Positions 1 to 9,882 are shown, counted from the stretch's first letter. The stretch is 64,000 nt of DNA from a virus (IMGVR_UViG_3300028833_003296:15736-79735), one strand, 5' to 3'. Numbers and translations are program-made. Notes: generated from the letters alone by a model not told the origin.

Positions 1-2613
1 TTTAGTATATGTTATCTTTTGATATTGCCCACTTGCATGTGCATAGAAAATTAATTTTGACGGTTTTCCGAATTGATTGTAATTTGGTGGCAAACGTAAC
101 AAACCAGAATTATAATATTTTTGTTCTGGTAATTGCTCTATTGTATCATCGTCTACAACAACATCTCTACCGCAACAAGTATGTACTTGATATATGAAAG
201 GAATTTCGTCAACAGATACATATTTATTCTTTATCTCTTTAAAATTCGTTGTCATAAAAACAACAGAAGATACGTCATCTACATTGGTTACATCAGAATT
301 AAGAGTTATTCCTATCTTGAAATAAATACACGTACCAACATAATCTTCCGTATCAAAAGAATCTGAATACTCTACACGTTCAACCAAATCGAAATTTGAA
401 TCATAAAGAAATATTGTAGCTGAACAATCTGTCAGTGTCAACGTGAAAGGACACAACTGAATAAAATTAGGAGTACGTTTGTGCTGGAAAAAAGTATCTC
501 GTTGTACAATAGTACTCATATTGCCATCGTTTTCTATATATCCATATTCTAATGGTAAACTATACTCTTTTAAAGATGCATTATTTCCAAGTACTGAATT
601 TAATGATTCAGCAAAAGACTTGGTAACTTCTTGTAGCGTGGTAAGTTCCAATACTTCTGTTGGTGCTAAATCTTCTCCATCTATACGCCTTACGTTTAAC
701 CAAAAATGATGAACACGAGAACCGAAAGATTTTGCTAATACAGATGCTTTTGTAATATCTGGCGTTTCCTGACCATCTGGAGCTAATGATTCGTCACCTA
801 TATAATAGCCTTCTGCATCTATATATCTACCAGTCCACTTGTATGTATCTTTGTCTAAAATTCTTACTTTTACAAAACCGTCAATATCTATCTTCGTTCG
901 GATATGCTTTGCATTGTTTTGAAACAATTGACTTTCCTTTAACCCGCTGTTTGGACTATCTGGTCTTACAGTACCCTGCTCCATTTTTGATGCAGGAATA
1001 TTTTCAGATACTGATGTTTGGAATTTCGGAATCCATTCTTCTATTTCATCCGCCTTGTCTTTCGCTTCTTGTGCAATTGCAATATCATCCTCCATTGCTT
1101 CTGCTACTGATTCAGCAAAAGGCTTAATGATTTGTTGTGTAGTAGTAAGTTCGAGTAATTCAGAAGGTGCAATATCTTCATTGTTATCGGGAATCACAAC
1201 TACGTAGAGATACCTAATGTCTTCTGAGAAACTCTTAGCTTCAATTGTTTGCCTTGTTGTTTCTTGATTTGTCGCAACTGCACTTACGTTTCCCAAGAAG
1301 TTATCATCTGCATCAGTGCATCTTATAACATATGTATGATTATTTACACCATCAATAAACTTTATGGATTGGAATGTCCTGTAGTCAATTTTGGTATAAA
1401 TTCTATTTGTGGCAGACGTTATCATTTGCGATATGGGAATATCAGTAATAAGCGTATTTCCGTCATATTTTAGACTAATACCACCTTGTATCATGCTATC
1501 CGCAGGAATCGACGATGTAGTAGTGGAAGGTGATTTCGGAATCCATTCGTCAATATCCGTTACGACATCTTTAATGTCATCTATGGCATCAACACAATCT
1601 TCTACATCGGTGCTTATTTGTTGCAGACTGTCGTTTATGTTTGTATATCCAGAGTCTATCTTGAAAACGTTTTCGGTAGGGCTTACGTTTCCACCACCAA
1701 CTTTCTTGAATTGTACGGCAACACGCTTATAAATATCATCGGAAATGAAATATTCCGAAATACCATCTGTATTATTATAAATAGAAGCCAATGCGGTATT
1801 ATCATAATTCAAACCAGCAATCTGCCTAATATAGTAACCTTCGTTGCAAGAAACTCTAACTGGTGTCTTTATGATAGCCATGACATTTGTAGAACTCCCC
1901 CATGTTTCCAAAACAGAGCCAACGTTAGAACTAAATCCGCCTTGTGTCAAAAGACTATTTGGGTTAAAACCTCTGTAAAGACCGTCTTTCAAATCAACTA
2001 TATCAGCCAATGCACTTGACAATCCGCTGCCGTTGTGCCTTGCCATCAATAGCCACTTTGTTTCGTCGTAGTCTGCCGACATATCGCCAACGTAAATATA
2101 TTCAGACCACGTATCACTTCCATTGTCAGGTACTGCGTAAATGGTTTTGTTATCTATTGTTGCAATGGTGTTTGGTCTTGTCGGTGTAGCTTCCGTTGTA
2201 AACCCACTCTCCCTCAATGATGCAAGAAACTCTTCTTTCGTCTTCCCTTCATTCCCAGGTATAGCCTTCCAAATCTCATACGCGCTCAAACCATCGTCGC
2301 CCTTGGTGCCATGGAAGGAACCGCCGTTTTGGTATTCACCGTCGAGTGTGTCGCCGTCAGTTCCTACGTAGAAGTAGATGTTTTCTCCCACTACGTAGCC
2401 CGTGCGCTTCTGCTTGTCGGTCAAGTCGCCAGTGGGCAGGTCGTCTATACTGTTAAGGAACTGATAACCGCCCACCGCTCCATGGTGTTGCTCCGCCATG
2501 TAGAGTGCCATTGCCTTCAGGAGGTTGCCGATGAGCGTATTGGTGTTGGAACTTGGAGCCGTGTTTTTCGACACGATTTCTGCCAGTCGCTTTATTTTGT
2601 CAATAGATTCCAT
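1..2613 (-). CDS. Tail fibre / receptor-binding protein with alpha/beta-hydrolase-like region, partial (runs off window; absent from ORF track)
   Basis: Manual translation from ATG 2613 (MESIDKIKRLAEIVSKN) found no stop down to base 1. Contains GDDGLSAYEIWKAIPGNEGKTKEEFLASL, a duplicated internal module (DEWIPKSPS..IPADSMIQG / EEWIPKFQT..IPASKMEQG) and GLLRLPPNYNQFGKPSKLIFYAHASG at the edge. Confidence 0.8.
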   Translation of the reverse strand, partial: MESIDKIKRLAEIVSKNTAPSSNTNTLIGNLLKAMALYMAEQHHGAVGGYQFLNSIDDLPTGDLTDKQKRTGYVVGENIYFYVGTDGDTLDGEYQNGGSFHGTKGDDGLSAYEIWKAIPGNEGKTKEEFLASLRESGFTTEATPTRPNTIATIDNKTIYAVPDNGSDTWSEYIYVGDMSADYDETKWLLMARHNGSGLSSALADIVDLKDGLYRGFNPNSLLTQGGFSSNVGSVLETWGSSTNVMAIIKTPVRVSCNEGYYIRQIAGLNYDNTALASIYNNTDGISEYFISDDIYKRVAVQFKKVGGGNVSPTENVFKIDSGYTNINDSLQQISTDVEDCVDAIDDIKDVVTDIDEWIPKSPSTTTSSIPADSMIQGGISLKYDGNTLITDIPISQMITSATNRIYTKIDYRTFQSIKFIDGVNNHTYVIRCTDADDNFLGNVSAVATNQETTRQTIEAKSFSEDIRYLYVVVIPDNNEDIAPSELLELTTTQQIIKPFAESVAEAMEDDIAIAQEAKDKADEIEEWIPKFQTSVSENIPASKMEQGTVRPDSPNSGLKESQLFQNNAKHIRTKIDIDGFVKVRILDKDTYKWTGRYIDAEGYYIGDESLAPDGQETPDITKASVLAKSFGSRVHHFWLNVRRIDGEDLAPTEVLELTTLQEVTKSFAESLNSVLGNNASLKEYSLPLEYGYIENDGNMSTIVQRDTFFQHKRTPNFIQLCPFTLTLTDCSATIFLYDSNFDLVERVEYSDSFDTEDYVGTCIYFKIGITLNSDVTNVDDVSSVVFMTTNFKEIKNKYVSVDEIPFIYQVHTCCGRDVVVDDDTIEQLPEQKYYNSGLLRLPPNYNQFGKPSKLIFYAHASGQYQKITYTK

Positions 2614-2616
2614 ACC

Positions 2617-3660
2617 TTAATTGAATGTTGAGTCAAATGAGTTATCGAATATTCGTCCGTGCGAACGGAAGTCGCAAATACTGAGTGTGCCAGAGGGTTT
2701 GAACTTAAACGTGAATCGCGGCATCTCCGCATCGTCGTTGGTGTAGGATGGCTTTGCCTCGATGATGACGACGCGCGTCACCTGTTCCACTGGGGGGTTC
2801 TCCTTGTTGTCTGCCAGGAATGTTTCTTTGGATCGCAACATATCTTTCCAGAGGTTCACGCTGCCGAACGGGATTACGCCGCTGTCGGCCGTGTATTCAA
2901 TCCTTTCGTCCACGTTGTAGCAAATGAATTTCCCGTTGATCATCGAAGTTTCGTGGGAGAATTCCGTATTATCCTCGATATTGCCCGTGCAATACACGTA
3001 CTCCATGCAGCCGAATGCGTTCCTGAAGTTTACACATATCACGTCGTGCAGTGTCTCGCTCTCCACGTCGAATTGCTGCGTTCTACTGCCAGCGTTGACG
3101 GTGTAGGATACGAGAATGCCGATGGAGTCGTCAACGAAAAGAGACGGCGAAACGTCAACATGCTTGATGAGCGTATCGTCTGCCACGGGCGACAAATTGA
3201 ATGTCTTCGTGGAAAGATCATCGTAAACGGCTTGAACGGTCACGTCGTCGTTGCCGATGTAATGCAATGCCTCGGTGCGATGTAGCGACGTTACGCGACG
3301 ACCTTGTGCCAAGGTGAGGAAATGGCCGTCGATGACATTTGCTGCAGAACCCAGAAGATGGGCGTTGCAATGTCGAACGTTGAATGTTACGCTGTCGGAA
3401 CCATTGTCAGCCGTAACCGATATCGTTACGCTTGCCAATAGCGATTGATCTATGCTTGCACGCAAGAGGTTTGGCAAGGCACTGAGGAATACGCGACCGC
3501 CAACAGCATACAACGTTTCATCATAGATTACCGATGCAGTGCCGCTGATGGGCGTTACTGATACGATAATCTCCACTGAAGTTTGGTCGGTGGAAATCTC
3601 CATGTCGGGCACTCCTGGAGTGAAGTACAATTGGTCGTATTCCGTTATGATGCTTACCAT
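2617..3660 (-). CDS. Phage tail/structural protein
   Basis: 347 aa. The FRNAFGCMEYVYCTG segment aligns by eye with FENSLGGMDTFRAYG in 37724-42955. Confidence 0.65.
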   Translation of the reverse strand: MVSIITEYDQLYFTPGVPDMEISTDQTSVEIIVSVTPISGTASVIYDETLYAVGGRVFLSALPNLLRASIDQSLLASVTISVTADNGSDSVTFNVRHCNAHLLGSAANVIDGHFLTLAQGRRVTSLHRTEALHYIGNDDVTVQAVYDDLSTKTFNLSPVADDTLIKHVDVSPSLFVDDSIGILVSYTVNAGSRTQQFDVESETLHDVICVNFRNAFGCMEYVYCTGNIEDNTEFSHETSMINGKFICYNVDERIEYTADSGVIPFGSVNLWKDMLRSKETFLADNKENPPVEQVTRVVIIEAKPSYTNDDAEMPRFTFKFKPSGTLSICDFRSHGRIFDNSFDSTFN

Positions 3661-3678
3661 GTCTTTGCTTATTTAAGG

Positions 3679-3713
3679 CAAATTTAGTTTTCGTTGCGGG
3701 GAAATAAAAATAC
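3679..3713 (-). promoter_or_regulatory. Prophage A late-type promoter GTATTTT-N20-TAAATTTG
   Basis: Bacteroidetes -7 box TAnnTTTG with the same upstream motif and 20-nt spacing as 9887-9921 and 21282-21316. Confidence 0.6.
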
Positions 3714-3716
3714 GCA

Positions 3717-4166
3717 TCACAGATTGCCAACAAGCCCTTTCTTCTCGAAGATGTCTTGCAGGGCTGTAGCGATGAGTCCATTGTATGCCTGGCCGTAATA
3801 GCTTGCCTCGAATTCTGACAAGCGCATCACGCTGGAGTAATATTTTCGAGAGAACCAGTCGCGTTTCTTCCTGTGCTTGTCGCTGGTCTTCCAGTCCTTC
3901 AGGAATTCCAAATCGCCAGGGTTGCCACGATAATAGCCGTTACCAGTTCCTGCGGCTACATAGATACCATACTCAAAGAAACGGTGTTCGATGCTTTTGC
4001 CGTTGAGCGTTCCCGTTATCGACCGATACAATGCGCCAGTGCGATAGATGCCGAGCTTCAGCATCCGCTCGCGCCAATAGACCGTCATCTCCTTGGTCCA
4101 TTCTTCCTCATACTTGCGCAGGTCTTCCTCGCTAACGGGAGGCTGCATGTTATTCTTCCCATTCAT
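3717..4166 (-). CDS. Phage neck/tail-completion-like protein
   Basis: 149 aa in the structural operon. Weak similarity (YRTGAL / VRTGRL) to 50826-51224. Confidence 0.55.
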   Translation of the reverse strand: MNGKNNMQPPVSEEDLRKYEEEWTKEMTVYWRERMLKLGIYRTGALYRSITGTLNGKSIEHRFFEYGIYVAAGTGNGYYRGNPGDLEFLKDWKTSDKHRKKRDWFSRKYYSSVMRLSEFEASYYGQAYNGLIATALQDIFEKKGLVGNL

Positions 4167-4647
4167 CCGAATTGAAGACTAAGTTTTCGGGGATGTCATT
4201 CTCCACCATGAAATACAAACCCGTTGCACCATTGAACGAATATCGGCCCAACTCCTTATAGTAAACTTTTTCGAGTGCCAGGTAATACATATCCTGACCA
4301 TATACGAGCTTTGCTTTGTCGCTGATCATCTTCGACAGGAACTGCTTGAATATTCTCCTGCAGAGTGCCATCTTCGCCTTCCTGTCTTCTGGGTCGTTGT
4401 AAGTGGTACCAGCCAACACCCACACCGTATAGACCGAACGAGTGAACCAACCAGGCTTGTTGTTGTGCACGTTGTTGTCGGTCATGTCGTCGATGACGAT
4501 AAAGTTCTCCGTCTTTCTGTATTCCGCCATGATGCCCTCGATGTTGTCGGGACCAGAGCAGAACACGGGCTTGAAGCCATGTTGCTTGCAGAGCTTGTTT
4601 TTCTTCGCAAGCATCTCGAAATATTCCAGTGGGTTGAATGCGTCCAT
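4150..4647 (-). CDS. Conserved phage structural-region protein
   Basis: 165 aa overlapping its neighbour. Positional equivalent of 60751-61335. Confidence 0.6.
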   Translation of the reverse strand: MDAFNPLEYFEMLAKKNKLCKQHGFKPVFCSGPDNIEGIMAEYRKTENFIVIDDMTDNNVHNNKPGWFTRSVYTVWVLAGTTYNDPEDRKAKMALCRRIFKQFLSKMISDKAKLVYGQDMYYLALEKVYYKELGRYSFNGATGLYFMVENDIPENLVFNSDEWEE

Positions 4648-4649
4648 AC

Positions 4650-5435
4650 CTATTTATTATATTTACGTTTGAATTCCTCTGCCTCTCGTGCCTTCTCGTT
4701 GAGTTCGGTCAATGCCCGTAGGCAGGGTATCTGTTCCACGGTCTTTTCCTTGGTTACGTCGCCATCGGTCAACACGCGCAACTGTGCGTTGGCTATCTTC
4801 AGGAAGTTCACCCTGCCTTGCTCGTTGCCCGTGGCTGGCTTGAAGAAATGCGGGAACATCTTGCCGAAAAACGCCTTGACGTAGCCAAACCAATAGAGCA
4901 CAGCCACCTCTTCGGTCTCGTCGAGCTTTATCTTCGCCGGATTTCCCTTCTTGTCTCGATAGAGCAGACAGGCAAGGTTGTCGATGTGCTTTCGTTCCTT
5001 CGTGGAGATGAAAAGCTGGTAGAGCCGTTCCATGTTCAGGTAGTCGATGAATGCTACCTCTCGCATGATCACATCGACCGCACGATAGCCACGGATGCGA
5101 TCCAACCTCACACCCATGTCATCGTACGAGTCGATGTAATCAAACTGGTGTATCAAACTTTGTATCTGCCATGTCTTCAGCTCGAAGTAATGCCGTTTGC
5201 CACGGCCATTGTTGCGGATATATCCATACACCCCACTGGGAGTCTTTCGCACCACCTTGATTCCCGTGAACCGGAGCAGCATATATGTTTTCACCTCTTC
5301 CATCGTCTGGAAGTGGGAAAGCAGGAAAAACACATAGCGCAGTTGTCTTTGCGTGAGTTCCTTCCATGACCGTGGAGCCTTCAGGTTGACCACGTTGCCA
5401 TTCACGCTGCAGCCTGGTGTGATGAGCCTGTCCAT
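4650..5435 (-). CDS. Conserved phage protein (structural region)
   Basis: APRSWKELTQRQL matches LPNRWEGLTQKQY of 61332-62186. Start moved to ATG 5435 after the upstream stop. Confidence 0.65.
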   Translation of the reverse strand: MDRLITPGCSVNGNVVNLKAPRSWKELTQRQLRYVFFLLSHFQTMEEVKTYMLLRFTGIKVVRKTPSGVYGYIRNNGRGKRHYFELKTWQIQSLIHQFDYIDSYDDMGVRLDRIRGYRAVDVIMREVAFIDYLNMERLYQLFISTKERKHIDNLACLLYRDKKGNPAKIKLDETEEVAVLYWFGYVKAFFGKMFPHFFKPATGNEQGRVNFLKIANAQLRVLTDGDVTKEKTVEQIPCLRALTELNEKAREAEEFKRKYNK

Positions 5436-5439
5436 ACAT

Positions 5440-5703
5440 CTACATGAATAGCCAGACACACAGGAACCCGCCGATTACACCGATTTGTCCCCATTGGATG
5501 TCCGCCCAGTCGAAGCGTGTTCCCTTGATTACCTTGTCGTAGAATTTCTTGCCGAAGAGAGCTGTTTCGGAAGCGAGTGCGCCGGTGAGTGCGCAGGCAA
5601 TGTTCGACCAATCGGCACCACCCTTCAGGGCAAGTGCCACGATAGTTAAGATAATAAAAGCACAGATGATGTGCTTGATTTTGTCTAATCCGAATTGTTT
5701 CAT
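5440..5703 (-). CDS. Small membrane protein
   Basis: 87 aa hydrophobic. Clear homologue of 33335-33598 (ALALKGGA.WS.I.CA ... GQIGV..GFLC.WL.M). Confidence 0.7.
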   Translation of the reverse strand: MKQFGLDKIKHIICAFIILTIVALALKGGADWSNIACALTGALASETALFGKKFYDKVIKGTRFDWADIQWGQIGVIGGFLCVWLFM

Positions 5704-5715
5704 ATTGATTGTTTT

Positions 5716-6303
5716 TTATTTATCAGGACCAAGTATAAAATCACTTGTTCCAAGTTTCCCAAATAGTTGACCACTTACTTTGTCGTACACATAACCAACA
5801 ATACCAATTCTGACAGGAATTAAATTAATACGAATAATTCCATTCTCATCTTTTGCGTAAAAATTATAAATATTGTGAACTCCTCCTCTGTTATCTCCAA
5901 TTCCCCATTTGAACAAATTAATACCATTTATGGTATAATCTACACTCGACACTGTTTTTTTTGTTTCTGTCCAAGAAAATTTAATTGTATTTCTGTTTAC
6001 ATCAATTTGTATACGTTCGTTGCGCGGTACTGTTATATCGTTATATACATTTTCCGTATTATTAGTCCAAACGATGCCGTTAGTTTTTGTCCAAAATCCA
6101 ATTTTATATGGGTTTCCGTATATAATTGCTGCATAGGCGTTTTGATTAGATATTCTCATGAAGTCAAGATGCCAAGACCAATTGTTATTAATTTTAATAG
6201 GTACGTAAATATATTCTGCGCCACTATTTCTTAAATATTCCACCTCTGCGTCATACGGCAAATCATTCTGTGATGTTCTCCTTTTCATTAATCCAAGATT
6301 CAT
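5716..6303 (-). CDS. Tail-fibre-associated beta-sandwich (LamG-like) protein
   Basis: PYDAEVEYL N-terminus and LIPVR..GYVYDKVSGQLFG..GT.DFILGPD C-terminus, typical of Bacteroidales phage fibre modules. AT-rich core. Confidence 0.55.
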   Translation of the reverse strand: MNLGLMKRRTSQNDLPYDAEVEYLRNSGAEYIYVPIKINNNWSWHLDFMRISNQNAYAAIIYGNPYKIGFWTKTNGIVWTNNTENVYNDITVPRNERIQIDVNRNTIKFSWTETKKTVSSVDYTINGINLFKWGIGDNRGGVHNIYNFYAKDENGIIRINLIPVRIGIVGYVYDKVSGQLFGKLGTSDFILGPDK

Positions 6304-6314
6304 ACGCTGCCCTC

Positions 6315-7247
6315 CTATGAATTGAATTTAACCACGGTCACTTGCCAACCGCCTCCATTATATACGGCATTGACCTCACAAATGTCGCCACTTTTTATTT
6401 CGTAACCGTCGGCTTTTAAAACAGTATCCTGAGTGTCGAAGTGAAGACAGTCATCAGCTGCTGCGGTAAAGAAGAGAAGGAATCCCTCGATGTAATCACT
6501 AACCACGGATGGGAGAGTAACGGTGATAGCGCCGCTTTGCGTAATGCGGTAATACTTGCCAGCTTCTGCTGAGAAGGATAAGGAATTGGGAACGACAATT
6601 TGCATTCGGTTTTCCTTGCCGCTGATGTCTTGATGCTGCTTCAGGAAGTTCTGCTCATTCACCCATTGCTCTGTGGCATAGCCCGACAACGATTGATGCT
6701 CTGTCAAGTAGTGTTGTTCTCTTACCCATTGCTCTGTGGCATAGCCCGACAACGATTGATGCTCTGTCAAGTAGTGTTGGTCTCTCACCCATTGTTGAGT
6801 GGCATAGCCAGTCATGTCTTGGTTTTGGCTACCAATGCCAATCATGTAGCAAATGTTGTATATCCTCACTTGGTCATCTGGGATATGTTGCTCACTGGTG
6901 GCATCCACTATATCAAACGTCTCCCCAACCTTCCCTTTGTATCGCCAGTTATCCCCATTGGCTATGCCTTTCACCTCCAGTCCATAACTGTCGATTTGCT
7001 GTACGTTTGACGGGATGGTAATGGCGAGTTGCTGCCTGTCGTTCACCGTTACCAACGTCCACCCCAGCACATGAGCTTCAGCGGTACGGGGAACGGTGAT
7101 GCGCTTGCCGCACGACGTAAGGATGCAGACATCGGTGGTCGAGTCCACTACTGGTTCGGACACCGAGTCTTCTGCAGGGAGTTTGCGAGTCAGGTCCAAC
7201 AACAGTGTGAAGTCGTTGCCCTTGGTGATTGAGAGTATATCTTTCAT
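6315..7247 (-). CDS. Baseplate-upper/tail fibre anchor protein with internal repeats
   Basis: N-terminal ITKGNDFTL matches ITRGNDFVL of 36256-37701. Contains GYATEQWVREQHYLTEHQSLS repeats. Confidence 0.6.
   Translation of the reverse strand: MKDILSITKGNDFTLLLDLTRKLPAEDSVSEPVVDSTTDVCILTSCGKRITVPRTAEAHVLGWTLVTVNDRQQLAITIPSNVQQIDSYGLEVKGIANGDNWRYKGKVGETFDIVDATSEQHIPDDQVRIYNICYMIGIGSQNQDMTGYATQQWVRDQHYLTEHQSLSGYATEQWVREQHYLTEHQSLSGYATEQWVNEQNFLKQHQDISGKENRMQIVVPNSLSFSAEAGKYYRITQSGAITVTLPSVVSDYIEGFLLFFTAAADDCLHFDTQDTVLKADGYEIKSGDICEVNAVYNGGGWQVTVVKFNS
6661..6812. repeat. 63-bp in-frame tandem repeat, about 2.4 copies
   Basis: acccattgctctgtggcatagcccgacaacgattgatgctctgtcaagtagtg at 6661 and 6724, partial copy at 6787. 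Confidence 0.9.
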
Positions 7248-7252
7248 TGCGA

Positions 7253-8086
7253 TTATCCGTTAAAGAGAAACATGGTTGATTCCTTCGTGTTCTCATGATC
7301 CACGAAGTGATTGTATTTATATTCGTCCGAATCCGCGTATGCGGGATAGTCGTCGATGCTGTCGTCGAGCGTGTTCATCAGTCGTCTGTACATCACTTTC
7401 TCTGCCGATTTGTCGCCACTCACGTGCAAGCCAATCAACTGTTGTATGAGCAGGATAATCTTTGCGTTTTCGGATGATACGGCATCAGTCACCGTCTCCG
7501 TCAGCAGCTGCTCCATGTAGGCGTTGCCGATGTGCCTGCGTATGATGCCGTCTGCCTCCATGATGAGTGGCTGTGCCTTGCGCCAGTCGTTGATGGTGGG
7601 AGAATCCACGCCCGCATACTTAGCGAGAAAATCAAACTGCCAGAAGAGCGTAGGAACAAGGCTTTGGCGCAACGGCAGTGCGCCCCAACCCTCCAATTTG
7701 AAGAGCTGGCCAAACAGGGCGCACTCCATGCGTTTTTCCTCTACGTCGAGTTGACTCTTCAGGGCATCCGTTCGCATCTTGCTTGCAGGAGCCGTGTCTT
7801 GTGTGCTCACCACGCCGAATCCCGTTGCCGTCAGCACGAGGTCAAGACTGCGGAAGTTGCGGAGAAAGGCACGGAACGAGATGAGTGCCTTTGCCGAGCA
7901 CACCAAGTTGCCGTCTTCGCCAGTCTCCACAGCTTCCACGCCTACGTTGCCCAATATCTCTGTCGCCACTTCCTCCGTTGCCCTTCGTATGGCCTTCGTC
8001 AACGTCTCGTACACGTCGTTGTTCTTGGTCATGGCCACGGGGAGTGCCGCTTCAAATTCCTCTTTCGATATATATATGTTAGCCAT
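7253..8086 (-). CDS. Head-tail connector-like protein (DUF6712-like)
   Basis: 277 aa directly after the portal. Positional homologue of 62189-63067. Confidence 0.55.
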   Translation of the reverse strand: MANIYISKEEFEAALPVAMTKNNDVYETLTKAIRRATEEVATEILGNVGVEAVETGEDGNLVCSAKALISFRAFLRNFRSLDLVLTATGFGVVSTQDTAPASKMRTDALKSQLDVEEKRMECALFGQLFKLEGWGALPLRQSLVPTLFWQFDFLAKYAGVDSPTINDWRKAQPLIMEADGIIRRHIGNAYMEQLLTETVTDAVSSENAKIILLIQQLIGLHVSGDKSAEKVMYRRLMNTLDDSIDDYPAYADSDEYKYNHFVDHENTKESTMFLFNG

Positions 8087-9530
8087 TGCCGTTAGGTTTT
8101 ACCGTTTTCTTTTCCTTATTCTCGTCGAGCGTCGTCAGTACAATCATCGGCACGTCAACGTCCACCTTGTCCTGCCACCCGTTAAACCAGATGAGCACCC
8201 TGAAGGGATGCAGCAGCATGTCATGAAAGGCGGTCTCACACGCCTGTTTCAGCAGGAACAGCTCCCGCTTGTCGCTGCCTGAGTTGTTCATCGCGCTCTT
8301 TCCTGGCGTTGCGCCTACGAGGTTGGGATGCACGTTGTCGCCATAGCAGATGCTGTTGGCAGCTTCCTGCACGTCGTCGCTCCAGTCGCCGCCCTCCTTC
8401 TTTCCGCTTTCCACGTCGTAGATGCGTACCATTCGCACCTCCTTGCCGCTGGCAGGTTCCACGTAGTAGCCCGTCACCCATGTCTTACCGATGTTCTCGC
8501 TACCCGTCACGAACTGCTCAATGTTGAGTTTCTCCTGCTTGATGCGCTCCTTGCGCTTAGCCTGGTCGGTGATTCCCTCCTGGTCGCAAAGGTTATCCCA
8601 ATAATCCTTGTGCACTTCCACCTGAAAGCGTGGCGGTGCCGAGTTGCGTATCTTCGCCCGTTTGCCCTTGCCGATAAGCTCGTAGATGTCGTACCAAGCA
8701 TCCTTGAAGATGGCGGCGTAGAACGGGATGGGGTAATACTGATAACCGGGAGTGGGAAAACGGGTGAGCACGGCAAACTTGCGGTCTCTCGTTGCCCGTC
8801 CTGCTGGGTCGCTCTTCAGCGGTTCGCGCTTCTTTCCCGTCTTTGGGTCGGGGTCATATCCAAGGCGAATGCGCAGGTCTCCCCACGGATCCGTCTCGTC
8901 GAGCAACGGAATCACCTCCACCTCGTCGGGGTTCACGTGGTTTTTCCAGTTGGCATAAAACACGTGTTCTATCTTCCCTCCCTTGTTGGCCTTCTCGAAA
9001 CGGCAATAGCAACTCTCCTTGTGTCGCATCTGCACGATGTGACAACCTTGGTTGTCGAGGATGATCACCGTCACCGTGAAGTAGAAGTATTTCATGTCAA
9101 GGCATTGCTCCACGAAGAATCGCTGCAGCATGTTCCTGAAGGCGAACGTCTTGATTTCGCTGTCGGCGGTCTGCTTCTGCGTGGCGATGTCGAAGAACCT
9201 CACCCCCTGCCCGTAGCACGTCAGCACGTTGAACAGCTTGTTTTGGCTCATCACCATGTTCTCTCCCACCTTCTCTATCACATGGAAGGGCAGTTGGTCG
9301 TCGTACCCGAACGGGATATACTCATATTTCTTGTTGCCGATGGTGAGGGGTCTGGCACTGATGGTACCGTTGTCATCAAAGATGGTGCTCGAATTCTCCG
9401 CGTATTCGGCATTGGCAGTAGAGTGATTGGTCACGTAAGGACCGTTGATTCCCACCCCACCAATGGCATACACCTCGTTGTCGCCATTCATGCCTATCAT
9501 CTTCATGCCTTGCTTCTTGTTCTTTGCCAT
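8079..9530 (-). CDS. Portal protein
   Basis: About 483 aa in the structural operon. C-terminal NNSGSDKRELF motif. Start set at MAKNKKQ because the upstream extension is a heptamer repeat. Confidence 0.7.
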   Translation of the reverse strand: MAKNKKQGMKMIGMNGDNEVYAIGGVGINGPYVTNHSTANAEYAENSSTIFDDNGTISARPLTIGNKKYEYIPFGYDDQLPFHVIEKVGENMVMSQNKLFNVLTCYGQGVRFFDIATQKQTADSEIKTFAFRNMLQRFFVEQCLDMKYFYFTVTVIILDNQGCHIVQMRHKESCYCRFEKANKGGKIEHVFYANWKNHVNPDEVEVIPLLDETDPWGDLRIRLGYDPDPKTGKKREPLKSDPAGRATRDRKFAVLTRFPTPGYQYYPIPFYAAIFKDAWYDIYELIGKGKRAKIRNSAPPRFQVEVHKDYWDNLCDQEGITDQAKRKERIKQEKLNIEQFVTGSENIGKTWVTGYYVEPASGKEVRMVRIYDVESGKKEGGDWSDDVQEAANSICYGDNVHPNLVGATPGKSAMNNSGSDKRELFLLKQACETAFHDMLLHPFRVLIWFNGWQDKVDVDVPMIVLTTLDENKEKKTVKPNGNG

Positions 9531-9539
9531 AATCACTAA

Positions 9540-9630
9540 AACACTCAACACTAAACACTCAACACTAAACACTCAACACTAAACACTCAACACTCAACAC
9601 TAAACACTCAACACTAAACACTCAACACTA
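9540..9630. repeat. Heptamer tandem repeat (AACACTC/AACACTA) x13
   Basis: 91 bp counted directly. Fills the gap between 9628-9882 and the portal gene. Confidence 0.95.
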
Positions 9631-9882
9631 CAAATACACCTCGCTGCCCATGAACTCGAAGATGCAGATGTCGCGAATCTCGCGCACCTGTCCGTTCACT
9701 GGGTTCTGCAGTCGGTGGGTACCGCCGTGCCAATGGCTGCCCTTCACCAGCCAACCATTGTACTCCAGGATATCACCCGTTGAGAGTTTCCAACAGCGCA
9801 GGTTTACCGTCTGCCTACGGATGCGTGCAATGTCCAGCTGCTTGCGCATCTCCGTGTAATGTATGGGTTTCTTGTTGTTCAT
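9628..9882 (-). CDS. Conserved small phage protein upstream of portal
   Basis: 84 aa, first gene after the late-type promoter. Confidence 0.7.
   Translation of the reverse strand: MNNKKPIHYTEMRKQLDIARIRRQTVNLRCWKLSTGDILEYNGWLVKGSHWHGGTHRLQNPVNGQVREIRDICIFEFMGSEVYL

Noticed and set aside
2311-3285. Long plus-strand ORFs (2311-2631, 2659-3285) and similar ones such as 8328-9539, 16839-17429, 19390-20139, 45187-46170, 46813-47652 and 62171-63046
   Set aside because: They are antisense shadows of coherent minus-strand phage genes and have no recognisable motifs.
6011-6020. ATACGTTCGT resembling an Mpi-type inverted-repeat half site
   Set aside because: Imperfect match inside a CDS, with no inverted partner seen nearby.
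9531-9572. Upstream start extensions given by the ORF track (portal 9572, NYN 12604, 18529, integrase 31902, 42976, 50678, 58367, 63208)
   Set aside because: The extensions translate repeats, terminators, promoters or neighbouring genes, so downstream ATGs were used.
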